A stretch of 63,990 bases of DNA from Paraspadella gotoi (taxonomy: Eukaryota > Animalia > Chaetognatha), in the NCBI GenBank assembly GCA_051294375.1, contig CM119264.1, forward strand, positions 1,869,298 through 1,933,287. The letters are read 5' to 3'. The translations under genes and the position numbers were made by a program. The notes beneath the pieces were generated by a model. That model was not told where the DNA came from. It saw nothing but the letters and a program-made list of their open reading frames with translations, and made no database searches. Of this stretch, positions 25,370 to 37,664 are shown piece by piece. The stretch's first letter is position 1; every line of letters begins with the position of its first letter.

Positions 25370-28300
25370 GCCGAGGCTTCTCTCGTCCTCAAAAAAGTTA
25401 TTTTACTCCAAAACAGTCAGACGTGGATTCGACTCGACTGCGGAACGAATCTCGACTTTTCCGCAAAAAAAATATCCGACGAACTCGACAAAGCTATCGG
25501 CGTCGTCGGCGTCTTTTCTCCCGGCGTGGTTTCCAACCGGCGCTGGTTTTTTCATCCTCGGCGTCGGTGGATCGAGGATGACGACTGCGAAGGCGTCGAA
25601 TCGCCAGTGGATTGGCCGCAGTGGTGTAGATTGGGACCAGAATACGTGAGTACAAATATTTTTTGATATTTTTTGACGGTTTTTTTCTTTTTTTTTTATT
25701 AAAATTTTAACTTAACTTTAATTTAATCGGGTTTTATTTATTCTTGTCAGACTGAACAAAAAAATTCTTTTGACCGTCATTTTTTTATTTGCTTTTATCT
25801 TTACATGCGTTTTCACTTGTTGGCTTTATTTTCAGAGTGCCCTTTTTTTAAATGTTTAATCTAATTTTTAACTTGTATCCCTAACTTTAATTCTGATTAT
25901 TAATGAGAATCCTTAATATTTTAACCTTTAACCCTTATGCCTAATTAAAAATCTGATTAAATCTTTAACGTAATCTATAACCTATTCTTTATTTTTAACC
26001 CTTAACTTAGTTATTAAATCGATAAAAAAATCATTCTGAATTGTATTCGAAATGGGAAGCTTTTAGAAAATATTGCTGCCCAGTATTTATAATTACAACC
26101 TTTTTAGTCCTTATCATAATATTATTTTATGTTAATTTTTTTTCGACTGTTTTAATTCTAAAACGTAACGACGATTACAATAAACACATAAATACCGATT
26201 TATTTTTCTTCGAATTTTTGATTCTGCCTAGAATAACATAGCCAAACAATAACTATTTTCACCCGTATCCTCATTTTCAATCTATAAATAAATAAATAAA
26301 TTAATAAATTAATGAATAAATTAATAAATAAATAAATAATAATAAATAAATAAATAAATTAATAAATAAATAAATAAATAATAATAAATAAATTAATAAA
26401 ATAAATTAATAAATATAATATAATAAATTAATAAATTAATAAATAAATAAATATAATAAATAAATATTTAATTAATTAATTAATAATTTAATTCTCAATT
26501 AAAATTATTAATTAATTAATAATTAATATTCTCAACTAAAATTAATCAATTAATAATAATTAAATTCTCAACTAAAATTAATCAATTAATTAATAATTTA
26601 AATTCAAACTAAAATTAATCAATTAATTAATAATTAAATTCAAACTAAAATTAATCAATTAATTAATAATTAAATTCTCAAACTAAAATTAATCAATTAA
26701 TTAATAATTAAATTCTCAACTAAAATTAATAATTCAAATTTAACTAATTAATAATTAATAAATTTCTCAACTTAAAATTAATCAATTAATTAATAATTTA
26801 AATTCTCAAACTAAAATTAATCAATTAATTAATAATTAAATTCTCAAACTAAAATTAATCAATTAAATTAATAATTAAATTCTCAACTAAAATTAATCAA
26901 TTAATTAATAATTAAATTCTCAACTAAAAATTAATTCAATTAATAATAATTAAATTGTCAACTAAAATTAATCAATTAATTAATAATTAAATTGTCAACT
27001 AATATTAATCAATTAATTAATAATTAAATGATCAACTAATATTTAATCAATTAATTAATAATTAAATTGTCAACTAATATTAATCAATTAATTAATAATT
27101 AAATTGTCAACTAAAATTAATTAATTAAATAAATAAATTGTCAGAACTAAAATTAATTAATTAATAAATAAATTGTCAACTATAAATTAAAATTAATAAT
27201 TAAATTCTCAACTAAAATTAATTAATTTAATAATTAAAATCTCAACTTAAAATTTAATTAATTAATTAATTTTAGTTGAGAATTTATTATAATATTTATT
27301 ATACCGCACTAACGTTACAAAAACTCTTACTGAGCCTTCAAATCATTACTTTTTCCCACTGATTTTTAACTTCCTCCCTCTCCTTTTCCCCCCTCCTTCC
27401 CTCTCCTATTTCTCCCTCTCCTTCCTCCTTCCCTCTTCCCTCTCCTTTTTTCTCCCTCTCCTTCCCTCTCCTTCCTCTCTCCCTCTCCTTTTTCCTCCCT
27501 CTCTCCTCCCCCTCCCTCTCTCTCATCTCCCTCCTCCTCCTCTCCCCCTCCCTCTTTCCTCCCTGACCTCTCCCTCCTCCGTCTTTCCTGCCCCTATCCT
27601 CCTCTCTGCCTCCTCTCTCCTTCCTCGCCTCCCGTCCCTCCTTCTCGCCTCTCCTCGCCTCCGCCTCTCCTCCCCTAGCCTCCTCCGCCTCTCTTCTCCT
27701 CCTCGTTAGTCCTATACTCCCCCCATCCTTCTCCGGCCTCTCCCTCCCCCCTGTTCTCCTTCCTCACCCCCGTCCGCCCCCTCCCCCTCGCTTTCCTCCC
27801 GCCCTCTGCTCCTCCTCCTCGACTCTTTCCTCCGCCCTCTGTCTCTTCTCCTCGCGCGCGCCTCTTCTCTCTCGTTCTCGCCCCCTTCTTTTCTCGCCCT
27901 TCTGTCCCCTCCCTGCCTTCTCTCCCCGCTCCCCTCCTTCTCCCTCTTCCCTCCTCTCTCTGCCCTTGCTCGCCCTCTACCCCCCCCTTCTTTCCTCCCC
28001 CCGTCTCCCTTCTCCCCGTCCCCTCTTCCCTCTTGTCCCTCCCCGCCCTCTCTCCTCCTCCCCACCTCTTTCCCTTCCCGCCCTCTCCCATCCCCATCCC
28101 ATCTCCTCTCCGCCCTACTCCCCCTTCCCCTATCCTCTTTCCTCCGCCCTCTTTCCTCCTCCCTCCCTCCTATCCTCCCGCTCCCTGGTTTCCCTCGCTC
28201 TCCTTCTTCCGTGTGCTCTTCCCCCTATCCTCCGCCCTCTTCCTCCCGCTCCTCTCTCTCCCTCTCTCTCCTCCCCTATCTTTCCTCCCGCCCTCTCTCT

Positions 28301-30323
28301 CCTCCTCTTTCACTTCCCGGCCCTCCTCCCCTCCCTCCCTCCTTCTTTCCTAATCCCGCCCCTTTCCTCCCCTCCCTCCCTCCTTCTCTCCCGCCCTCTC
28401 TCCTCTCCTTCCCCTCCTCTTTCCTCCCGCTCCTCTTCCCCTCTCCTCTTCCTTTCCCCCTCTCCCTCTCCTTATATTTACTCTCGTTCTCGCCCCGATT
28501 TCTTCCTTCCTTCTTCTTCGAGGGCGCCTCTTCCGCCCACGAAGGAAACTACACCCTTGCGTGCTGCAACCGCTCGCCACCGCTCGCAGGCCCACAGCAC
28601 CCGACATCTCCTTCGTCTACCAGGCCTCCGTCTGCGCCGCATCGTCTCAAGCGCAGCCTTTGACCGCAGCAGCCGCCGCCGACGCCGGCTGCGTCGACTA
28701 CGGCGCCCCCAAGACCTTCGTCCATCGCCTCAAGATCCTTCGAGTCTCCCGTCGAACGCAATCGATCGTCGACGCGACTCGATTGACGGGGAGTTGGAGG
28801 GTGTGCTCGGAGATTGGAGGATGCGAGGTGGTGAAGGAAGAGAGGGCGACGATGGAGGACGACGACGACGACGACGACGATAATTGTTTCTTCGTCGTCT
28901 CTTTCAACCTTACCCTTCAATCGGTGACCCCGTCTCATAAATTCGTCCGTTTCGCCCTTACCCACAACAACAACGACGACGACGATCTCTTCTTCAATTC
29001 CACCATCGAACTTACCTCATACTCACTCACCAGTCGTCGTTGTTTTCGTCTTCCTCCTCATTTCTTCCTCCTCGTCCTCGGCGTGCCTCTCCTCCTCCTC
29101 TTCCTCCTCCTCCTCCTCTTTCTCCTCCTCCTCCTCCTTCGCCCCTTTTGGCTCCGTCCTTGGCGCCGTCTCCTGGTCCGCCTCGGCGCCGCCAATCTCC
29201 CTTCGCGCCGTCCCTCCGTCTTCCTCTGCGCCGCGGCTGCCGACGACGACGTCGCCGCGTCTCTGCTGCGGCTGCTGTCGTCCTGGGGATTCGCCCTGAC
29301 GCCGCGTTTGGCGAGAACGACTGACGGTAGAGACGTCGTGGACAGAACGCCGGTGGAATGGATCGGGAGAGTGAGGAGCGAGGCGCAGCTGGGGGTAAGT
29401 TACTTGTATGGTGGACTAAAATGCACTGACCGTTAATCGGCGGTCATTGGCGCAGGAGGCAAGTCATTCGCCTCCCAACCCAAAAGTTCGGGGTTCTTGC
29501 CCAGTCATTGGTATCATTGATGTCTCATTCTACATATTACGTCTTTTTATATATATATATATTTTTTTACGTTTTCTGGCCGTTCACGTAACTTTTCCTT
29601 GTGTCTTGTGGGATTCGGGGTCAAAAGGTTCAAATGTTTTAAAAGAACATAACCAAATCCGTACGATTTTAAATTTGGCTTTTACGTCCAACGTATGTCT
29701 TTAATGAAATACCCTATAAGCCGCTTAACCGCGAGCTCAGGTCCGTTGTTGTGTCAATTATCATTTTATCTCTCTATCTCTCTCTCAAAAAAAAACCCGT
29801 TGACTCTAACACCCACTCTGTCTTACAAAGTCTCTTATCTCAACTTTTCCAAATACTTTTTCCCCCCTTTTTTTTGTTCTTTACGATATTTTGACTTAAG
29901 CTTCGCTCGACCCTAAATAGTAAATAAACATCCGGTCGACAGTTTTGGTGAAAGAATGACAAATCTCTTTCTCTGTCTTTTTCTCTCTCTATCTCTCTCT
30001 CTCTCTCTTTCTGGCGTTCCCTCTCTCTCTCTCTATAACCCTCATTTTTTCACGCCAACCCGTCGTCAATCAGGTCATATATCTCCACCTTCCCTACGCC
30101 CCCTCCTCTTCCTCTTCCTCTTCCCCCTCCCCCTTCCTCAGCCCCTCACCTCCTCCTCCGCCCTTCTCGTCCTCTTGACTCCAGATTTTCTCGACGAATT
30201 CCTCAGCGACAACAACGACGACGACGACGACAACAACAACGAGGACAGCGTCGCTTTTCAGTTTCAATCTTTTCTTCACGAAAATTGGGAAGAGAGAAAA
30301 AACAATATCTTCTTCGTGCGAAA

Positions 30324-30359
<36 letters not shown>

Positions 30360-30916
30360 AAATACAAATTAACAAATATTAATGAACAAAATCAATCTAT
30401 CGATCAATCGGGATTGAAATGTAATATTTATTAATTTATCAACGTTAACATTTAAATCTAATCAATGTGTCAACACTTGGTTCTATCTCCTATCCCCTAT
30501 CATTTCATTTATCATTTCTTCTATCACTTCTATCACTGCAGATATCCGAGGCGTCGTTGCGCTCTCGTCTCGACGCCGTCCCGCCCCACGACGCCGGTTC
30601 CTCTCCCATCGCCGCCCTCAGCGCCGCCATCGACCTCTCTCGCGGCGCCAGGACCATCGTCTGGAGGACGCCGGCGTCGCAATCCGGCTCCGTCGTCTGG
30701 AATCCATCCGGGGCGGCGTCGCCGGCGGCGTCGCCCGACCCGGCGCTCTCCCTCGGCGCTCCTGATTCCAACTCGCCTCTTTCGTCTCTCTTAACTTACC
30801 TCTACGACCACTTGGGTTGGGTAAGTCGGTTTCATCGAGCGAGAGAAATCGCGAGGTTGAGGAATTGGTTGCCTTACTTTCCTTCAAGATGGCGACTCGA
30901 AGAAAACGGGTCGTAG
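25295..30916 (+). CDS. Ig-domain/TM/TIR receptor (IL-1-receptor-like). Exons 25295-25645, about 28500-29394, 30074-30324, 30542-30916; two apparent frameshifts
   Basis: Signal peptide, then WIRLDCG. HEGNYT(C)VL is an Ig F-strand motif once a 2-nt insertion at about 28555 is removed. TM FFLLVLGVPLLLLFLLLLLFLLLLLL. TIR-like elements: PSVFLC..ADDDVAASLLRLLSSWG (box 1), SSALLVLLTPDFLDE, ARTIVW, ARLRNWLP (box 3). Exon 2 acceptor not resolved. Confidence 0.72.
26283..27285. repeat. Intronic AT-rich satellite: (AATA)n then a roughly 38-40-bp unit ttctcaactaaaattaatcaattaattaataattaaa
   Basis: Tandem units seen directly; ends in an inverted unit (taattttagttgagaatt). Confidence 0.9.
27370..28500 (+). 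repeat. About 1.1-kb polypyrimidine (C/T) low-complexity tract
   Basis: Almost purine-free on the plus strand; source of the spurious Pro/Ser/Leu and Gly/Glu/Arg ORFs. Confidence 0.9.
29438..29505 (+). mobile_element. tRNA-derived SINE head, second copy (intronic)
   Basis: ggcggtcatTGGCGCAGGAGGcaagtcattcgcctcccaacccaaaagttcggGGTTCTTGCCC. Confidence 0.7.
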
Positions 30917-31129
30917 TTGTTGTAGATAATTGTTGTTGTTGTTATTATTTTTAATCTAGTTGTTGTTTTTGAATCTTTGTTGGTCGAAATTTCACTTTTT
31001 GTATTAAGTGAATCAATGAATCATATATATTTTTCTATTTTTAACTCACAAGCGTAAAACGTTTTGACGAGAAAGTGAGAGCGAGAAATAGTGAGGGGTG
31101 GAGAGAGAGAGTCATATGTATGTGGCGTC

Positions 31130-31200
31130 TTGAGTGGCGGTGTCGGGCGGGCGCTGTCGGGGCGTTGGTCAGCCAATGGGCGAAAACGCGCGCGAGTAGT
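31130..31200 (+). promoter_or_regulatory. Putative promoter-like cluster (GC boxes, CCAAT, E2F-like site)
   Basis: gggcgggcg...agCCAATgGGCGAAAAcgcgcgcg, CpG-rich in an AT-rich background; no downstream gene identified. Confidence 0.3.
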
Positions 31201-31584
31201 AAACGATTAATTCACTTAATCTGGAGAGCAAAACGAATTTATCAAAGAATTTAGGACAGAGGAAAAAAAGTGGAAAACTTGTGAAAGAGACTTGAAGAGT
31301 TAATGTTTTTTTTGTTTTGTTTTTGTTTTTGTTTTTTTTACTGAACAGGGTCAATCTTCTTTTTACCAGATTTAATGTTTTTCAAAACAACTTTTTTACT
31401 TTTAAGCTTTCGTTTTTCGCGTCACAATCAAACGTCGTTCTTTTCTTTGGAAGTTCTCGAGATGAAGGGTGTTCTGGGGGGGGGGAGAGGCAACAGGTCG
31501 CCGTAAAAGCTTGAGTTTGCTTTTATTTTTGGATTTTAAATTTGATTTTTTTTCTTTTCTCTGCACAATAAAAACCAAAGGAGA

Positions 31585-32430
31585 AGGGGTGAATAATAAG
31601 GCAAATTAGACAAAAGATTAATTATCGCAAGAAAATTATTTCGTTCTATTTCGTTTATTGTACAGATAATAAGACTCACCAGAGTTGATCAAGGCGCGGT
31701 TTATTGTTTGCCACGTTCATGGCGTCTTGGGCAATGACGTCTAAACTTAATGATTAAATTTTTTTTCAAATATTTTTTTATTAAAATATTTTGTTTTCTC
31801 GTTGATACTTGTGAGAAATTTCAAGCTTTTCCTTACATAAATTTTTATAGAAGGGATGATTCAATTTGTAATAACTAAATCAAGATGATGATATCAAATA
31901 AATTCTTGTAAAGATCTGGTTTGAATGGTTAACCCATCTGGATGAGTATATCTCGACAGAAAAGAACTCATTATTGGTAATAAATAATGTTAAATTTAAT
32001 TTAATTAATTAATTAATTAATTAGACTGAATTATTAAGAAGTCTTCTAAATCTTAATCTTACTCGGAAAGGCAAACCAATCTATGTACCTCACTTTTATT
32101 CATTTTTCATTTATTAATTTATTCATAATTTAACCCTGTTTTTACTTTTTAAAAATGGCAATAAATTATCATAATAAACTTTACACTATTATGTACTTGA
32201 TGATTTGTTTAAAATAAAAAGAGATTGCTCAACAAATTATATCGCGAAGATAGATTCAATTAATTTTTTTTTAAATCTGAAGCTAGTATTTTCCTTATGC
32301 TGCGATGAGCGCAACTAATCTTGTCATTCAAAATTCAATGCGATCAAAACTTTCAAGGGTGCTCTTTGTTTTCTGTCTGATATTGTGAGAGCAAATTTTC
32401 AAGCTTTTCGCACACATAGAATTTTGTATT
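31585..32430 (-). pseudogene. Repeat module with Maverick/Polinton-type PolB fragments (copies at about 37690-38285 and 40497-41335)
   Basis: Shared left end gggtgaataataaggcaa. Minus-strand fragments resemble HPDGLTI.PDLYKN..DII and HPFYKNLCKEKLEI. Confidence 0.7.
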
Positions 32431-34150
32431 GAAGGGATGATCCAAGTTGTAATGCACTAACAATCAAGATGCTCAAATAATATCAAATAACTCCTTATGA
32501 AGATCTTTTATAGAAGGGATGATCCAAGTTGTATCATCTAAAAAATCAAGAATGTTCAATAATATCAAAATAAATCAGCTTATGAAGATCTTGTTATAGA
32601 AGGGATGATGCCAAGTTGTAAATCACTAAAATCAAGATGATTCAATTCAATAATAAATAAAAATCCTTATGAAGAATCTTTCTATAGAAGGGATGCATTC
32701 AGCAGTTGTAATCACTAAAATCAAGATGTTCTAATAATATCACATAATCCTTCAATTGAAGATCCTTTTATAGTAAGGCGATGACCAAGTTGTAATTAAA
32801 ATCACAGATGTTCAATAATATCACAATTAAATCCTTATGAAGATCTTTTATTAGAAGGGATTGAATCCAAAGTTGTTATCAACTAAAATCAAGATTTTAC
32901 AATAGATATCAATAAATCTTATGAAGAATCTTTTATAGAAAGGGATGATCCAAGTTGTAATCACTAAAATCAACGAGATGTTTCAATAATATCAATAAAT
33001 CCTTATGACATGATGCTTTTTATAGAAGGATGATCCAAGTGTAATCACTTAAATCAAGGATGTTCAATAATATTAAATAAATTCCGCTTAATGAAGATCT
33101 TTTATAGAAGGGATGATCACAAGTTAGTTAATCACTAAAAATCAAGGATGTTCAATAATTATCAAAATAAAATCCTTAATGTAAGATTTATAAGAAGGAT
33201 GATCCAAGTTTGTAATTCATAAAATCAAGATGTTCATAATATCAAATAAAATCCTTTATTTGAAATCTTTTATGAGAAGGGTGATGATCCAAGTTGTAAC
33301 ACTGAAAATCAAAGGATGTTCAATAACTATTCAAATACATCCTTATGAAGATCTTTTATAGAAGGATGATCCAAGTTGTAATCACTAAAAATGCAAGATG
33401 TTCAATAATATTCAGAATAAATCCTTATTGAAGATCTTTTATAGAAGGGATGAATCCCAAGCTTGTAATCACTAAATACAAGATGTTGCAATAATATCAA
33501 ATAAATCCTTATGAAGATCTTTTATAGAAGGATGATCCAAGTTGTAACTCACTAAAATCAGATGTTCAATAATAAAATAAATCCTTATGAAGATCTTTTA
33601 TAGAAGGGATGATCCAAAAGTTGTATCACTAAAATCAAGATGCTTCAATAATTTCACAATAAATCCTTAGAAGATCTTTTATTAGAAGGGATGATCCAAG
33701 TTGTAAAATCACTAACAATCAAGGAGATGTTCCAATAATATCAAAATAAATCCTTATGAAGATCTGTTATATAGAAGGGATGATCCAAGTTGTAATCACT
33801 AAATCAAGATGTTCACAATAATATCAAATAAATCCTTATGATCATTTATAGTATAGTGTGATGATCCAAGTTTGGAATCACTAAAATCAAGATGTCAATA
33901 CATAATCAAATAAATCCTTATGAAGATCTTTTATAGAAGGGATGACCAGTTGTAATACACTAAAATCAAGATGTTTCAACTAATATCAAACAAATCCTTA
34001 TGAGATCTTTTAAGAAGGGATGAATCCAAAGTTGTAATCAATTAAATCAAAGTGTTCAATAATATCAAATTAAATGTCCTTATTGAGATACATTATTTAT
34101 AGAAGGGATGATCCAAGTTGTAATCACTAAAATCAAAATGTTCAAATGAT
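32430..34150. repeat. 79-bp tandem satellite derived from PolB coding sequence, roughly 21 indel-rich copies
   Basis: Unit aagatcttttatagaagggatgatccaagttgtaatcactaaaatcaagatgttcaataatatcaaataaatccttatg; its reverse complement encodes HKDLFDIIEHLDFSDYNLDHPFYK. Confidence 0.9.
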
Positions 34151-37100
34151 CATCATAATAAAAATGTTGTTCCAAATCTTCTCGCTATGTGCGGCGTGTT
34201 TGATGGGGAGAGTTGCTTTGGGCGCTGGCAGGTCGCTTCGTAGTACGGGTTATGCTTGCGCAGCTTTGATTCTTTAAATACTTCTCATAGTCGACAAGGA
34301 TTCTTGAAAGATGGAGAAGACGTAGGGGCGAGACACTTCACAGGGACTTATCCTTTCTTTAAGGGCTAAGGCGAAACGACTACGATGCATAATTCAGAGT
34401 GTATGCTGCAGATAGGCCAATGGTGAGTTTTTGGCATAAGTATCCCCGCTAGAAATAAAGTGCACTGCTAAAAGGAAAACTCGAGGGAGTACGTGGTGAA
34501 GCGTAATATTGAAAAAAGACGAATCACAAAAATAAAAATATATCAGAGAGGCGAGAACAGGTTACGCTTAACCGACAAAGAGAAGGGAAAGTGGGAAGTG
34601 AATCTCGAATGCGAAAAATCTCCTCCTGTGGCTGCGCGAAACCCGCGATCGAAAAGGAGGAGGAAGCGAAAATGGGAGGGGGAAGAAGATCTGCGGCGTC
34701 GCCCTCCTCCTCCTCCGACGCGCCCATAAATTGGCCCGAGAGGACGAACACGCTCCGCAATGGCACGGGCTGTCCTCGTGGCACAGTGCACTGAGGTCCG
34801 AAGTGGAAAAAAGCTTCAACGGTGCATGGTTGAGGGTGAATGCAGGGTGAGTAGAAAAAAAAACAAAAAAGGGAGGTGGGATGGCGGTGGGGGGGGCCAA
34901 TGCAATAGTCAATCAATAATACAGAGAAAATAATTCATCACGGGTACACGATCAATAATGAACTTGACGCATTACAGAGACCAGGCGTAATCTTCAAGAA
35001 AAAAAAAAACGAACTTGGCAGTTGTAAAAAAGGGCAAACAAAAACGAGAAAAAAAACGAAAACTTTCTCAAAAAAAATTTAAAACGAAAACTTTCTCAAA
35101 AAAAATTAAACAGGTATTTAGCAACATGGTGAGATGCTGTGTGAGTGCGAGGTTCCCAATGAATATGACAATATATTTTCGGCCTTAATCACAGGGCGTC
35201 CCTCGTTTCGCGATCTTGATCCAAGATGCGTTTTTTTGTGTTGCAAGCATGTAAGTAATTGTGCGGGATTTTTTTCTTGTGGATTTTTTTGCGAGAACCG
35301 GGGGCCCGCGTCTTTCTTTTATGTCTATTTCTAAATGCGTAGATGCTTCCATGGGCGCTCACTCCGTCTCTCGAGAGTGGCGTGGCCGCGGGCTTAAATG
35401 TTTCAGGCGCCTGGGGAAGGAGAGCGCCTGTGGGGGCGCGGTTCGGCGTCCTCGGATTTCGAAACGAATGTCGGGAGGCGCCGGGAACTGCCAGCTGGCT
35501 AGACGATTCATTCACGATCGTCCACCATACATAGCAGAGGTTGCTGGAGAGTGGACGGGCCGCGCTGGGAAAGGCTGAGAGAACTGGTTGTCACATATAT
35601 ATCGAAGATACCGTCTAGGCTTTATTACTGACAGCGAGGTGATGCTCGCATCCCGGGACGAGTCCTGGGCGTCCGACAGGTAACGTGTATGGGCCGGGGT
35701 CTGCCTCGGCTTTGACTTGCTTTCCAGGTATTTTGTCAATCCTACGAGATTTTTGCAGATGGAAAAAACCAGGCGCAAAGCACTTGATTGGGGTATGCGT
35801 CCTTTTGGACGTGCCGAGGAGAAGAACTATGGTGATGGCCAGGACGACGTAGAAGAACAGGTAACCGAATGGTCAGCTAGGCGGCAATTGACCTTATCTT
35901 TCTGTGGCGGGCTTTTCCGAAGACGTGGTCGCTTTCGGTCTCCTCCATCTCGATCAATTTGAGGACTGTGTCCGGGTTTGAAACACCTCGTACATCTTCT
36001 GTGAAATTCTCCGAGAGAGGCCCTCGCGAGGCGCCTTCGCGCCATCTGCGCCCAGCAGGGGCGTTTTTTCCAGGTTCCAGGTTCACATACGCCTCTATGA
36101 GATCGGAGTAGGCAGAACGCAAATATTAGGACGGGTGCGCCGCGCCTTAGGGCGCCAACCCATGCGCCATGTCAAATGGAGACGCCGCGCCGCATAGCCA
36201 CGCCACAACGGCGTACCAATCTCGCGGGTTGAATGGAAGGGCATCGTTTTAATCCTGGAACAACAAAAAAATTTTTCCCTCTTTTCAAACAAATTCGAGA
36301 TAAAGTTTAGTTAAAATCTCATCTAAACTTATATTTTTGCTAAATTGTTTTTCAAATATTTTTTTTTATTCAAAATATATTATTGAAAAGCTTTTCTTTA
36401 ATCTGTCAAGGTGACGTGACCTGTGACGCCTCAATAGATGTCAGATAGAGAGGCTAGGTTTAGGTATGTCGATGTGACTATGTCTTATTTTGAATGCACA
36501 TTCCAAGAACATTTCATTCTTTGTTACGCTAGAAAATTGAGTTTTTGTTCTTGAAAAACGGAAAGTTAATTTTCAAATGGCACTTCTTTGTATAACTTAA
36601 ATTTAATCACTGGATGTTCTTATTGATTGGTTGTTCCTTATTTTCCCTAACCATATTTTTTATTTATCAGTTTGATCGTTCAATTTGGCGAACTGTAAAC
36701 TTTATTCTTTTAATGCAACGAAATTCTTCCGACAAAATTGTCAAGGACATTTCATCAACTGAAGCTTTGTTTTCTGCGTTGATCAAACTTGAGAGAAATT
36801 TCAAGCTTTTCGTCCTTACCAAATTTTTATAAGAAGGGGTATGATTTCAATTTGTAATAACTAAAATCAATGATACAATATAAATTCTTGTAAAGATCTG
36901 CTGACATGGTTAACCCATCTGGATAAGTATAGCTCACAGACAAAAGAATCGTTATTGGTATATTAAAGAGTGCTTAATTTACATAAATTAATTTAATTAA
37001 GACTAATTATTTAGATGTCTTCTAAAATTTTAAATCTTACTTGGAAGGCAAACAATTCTATGTACCGTCACTTTTATTCATTTTTTCATTTATTTAATTT

Positions 37101-37664
37101 ATTCATAATTAAACACCTGTTATACTTTTTAAAGTGAAAAACTGGTGAGCCTCGAGCCATTGGGTGGGGCTGAGAGGAGGAGAGAGGAGGATGATGAGTG
37201 GCTGACGAAGACACGAGACTCGCGCTCTGGGCTGGTTTGGTCGTTGAAACAAAGTGAGGTAATATTGTGGTTATTGACACATTTTATAAACAACAGACTT
37301 GACATGATCTACTTACATTTGTCAACAACGTTTTGATTTTTTGCATCTTTTGATTTCTTTTGCCGAGAATTGATCCCTTGGGCTTTGATCGGTCAATGAA
37401 AGCCATTTTTTTTAAAGAATCAAAACGACAAATACAAACAAATTTTTTAAAAATAGTTTAACGCAAATATTTTAAAATATAAAATTCTAACATCGTTTTT
37501 ATAATACAACCAACCAAGCAGGCACCCTTCTTGAGATAGCCTCAAGCATCAAGGTCCGCCCAATTGGAGATGTTCAATCGATATCAAATATTCTTGTAAA
37601 GATTGGTTGAATGGTTAACACCATCTGGATGAGTATTCTCACAGAGAAAAGAAACGTTATTTGT
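33900..37664. repeat. About 3.7-kb segmental duplicate of about 42900-46380 (indel-rich copy)
   Basis: Same order in both: satellite, TM-family paralog B, paralog A, PolB C-terminus, MASLT mini-gene. Confidence 0.85.

Noticed and set aside
27338-28480. Pro/Ser/Leu-rich and Gly/Glu/Arg-rich ORFs
   Set aside because: Polypyrimidine low-complexity tract lacking stop codons by composition.
32060-32100. Plus-strand GKPIYV resembling the PolB KPIYxG motif
   Set aside because: It is on the opposite strand to all other PolB fragments and lacks the following GFxILxLSK; treated as coincidence.
32430-34150. 79-bp array as a CRISPR array or as sequence-diversified cassettes
   Set aside because: No unique spacers; unit-to-unit differences are random single-base indels typical of unpolished long reads, and the copies at 42963-43190 are nearly identical.
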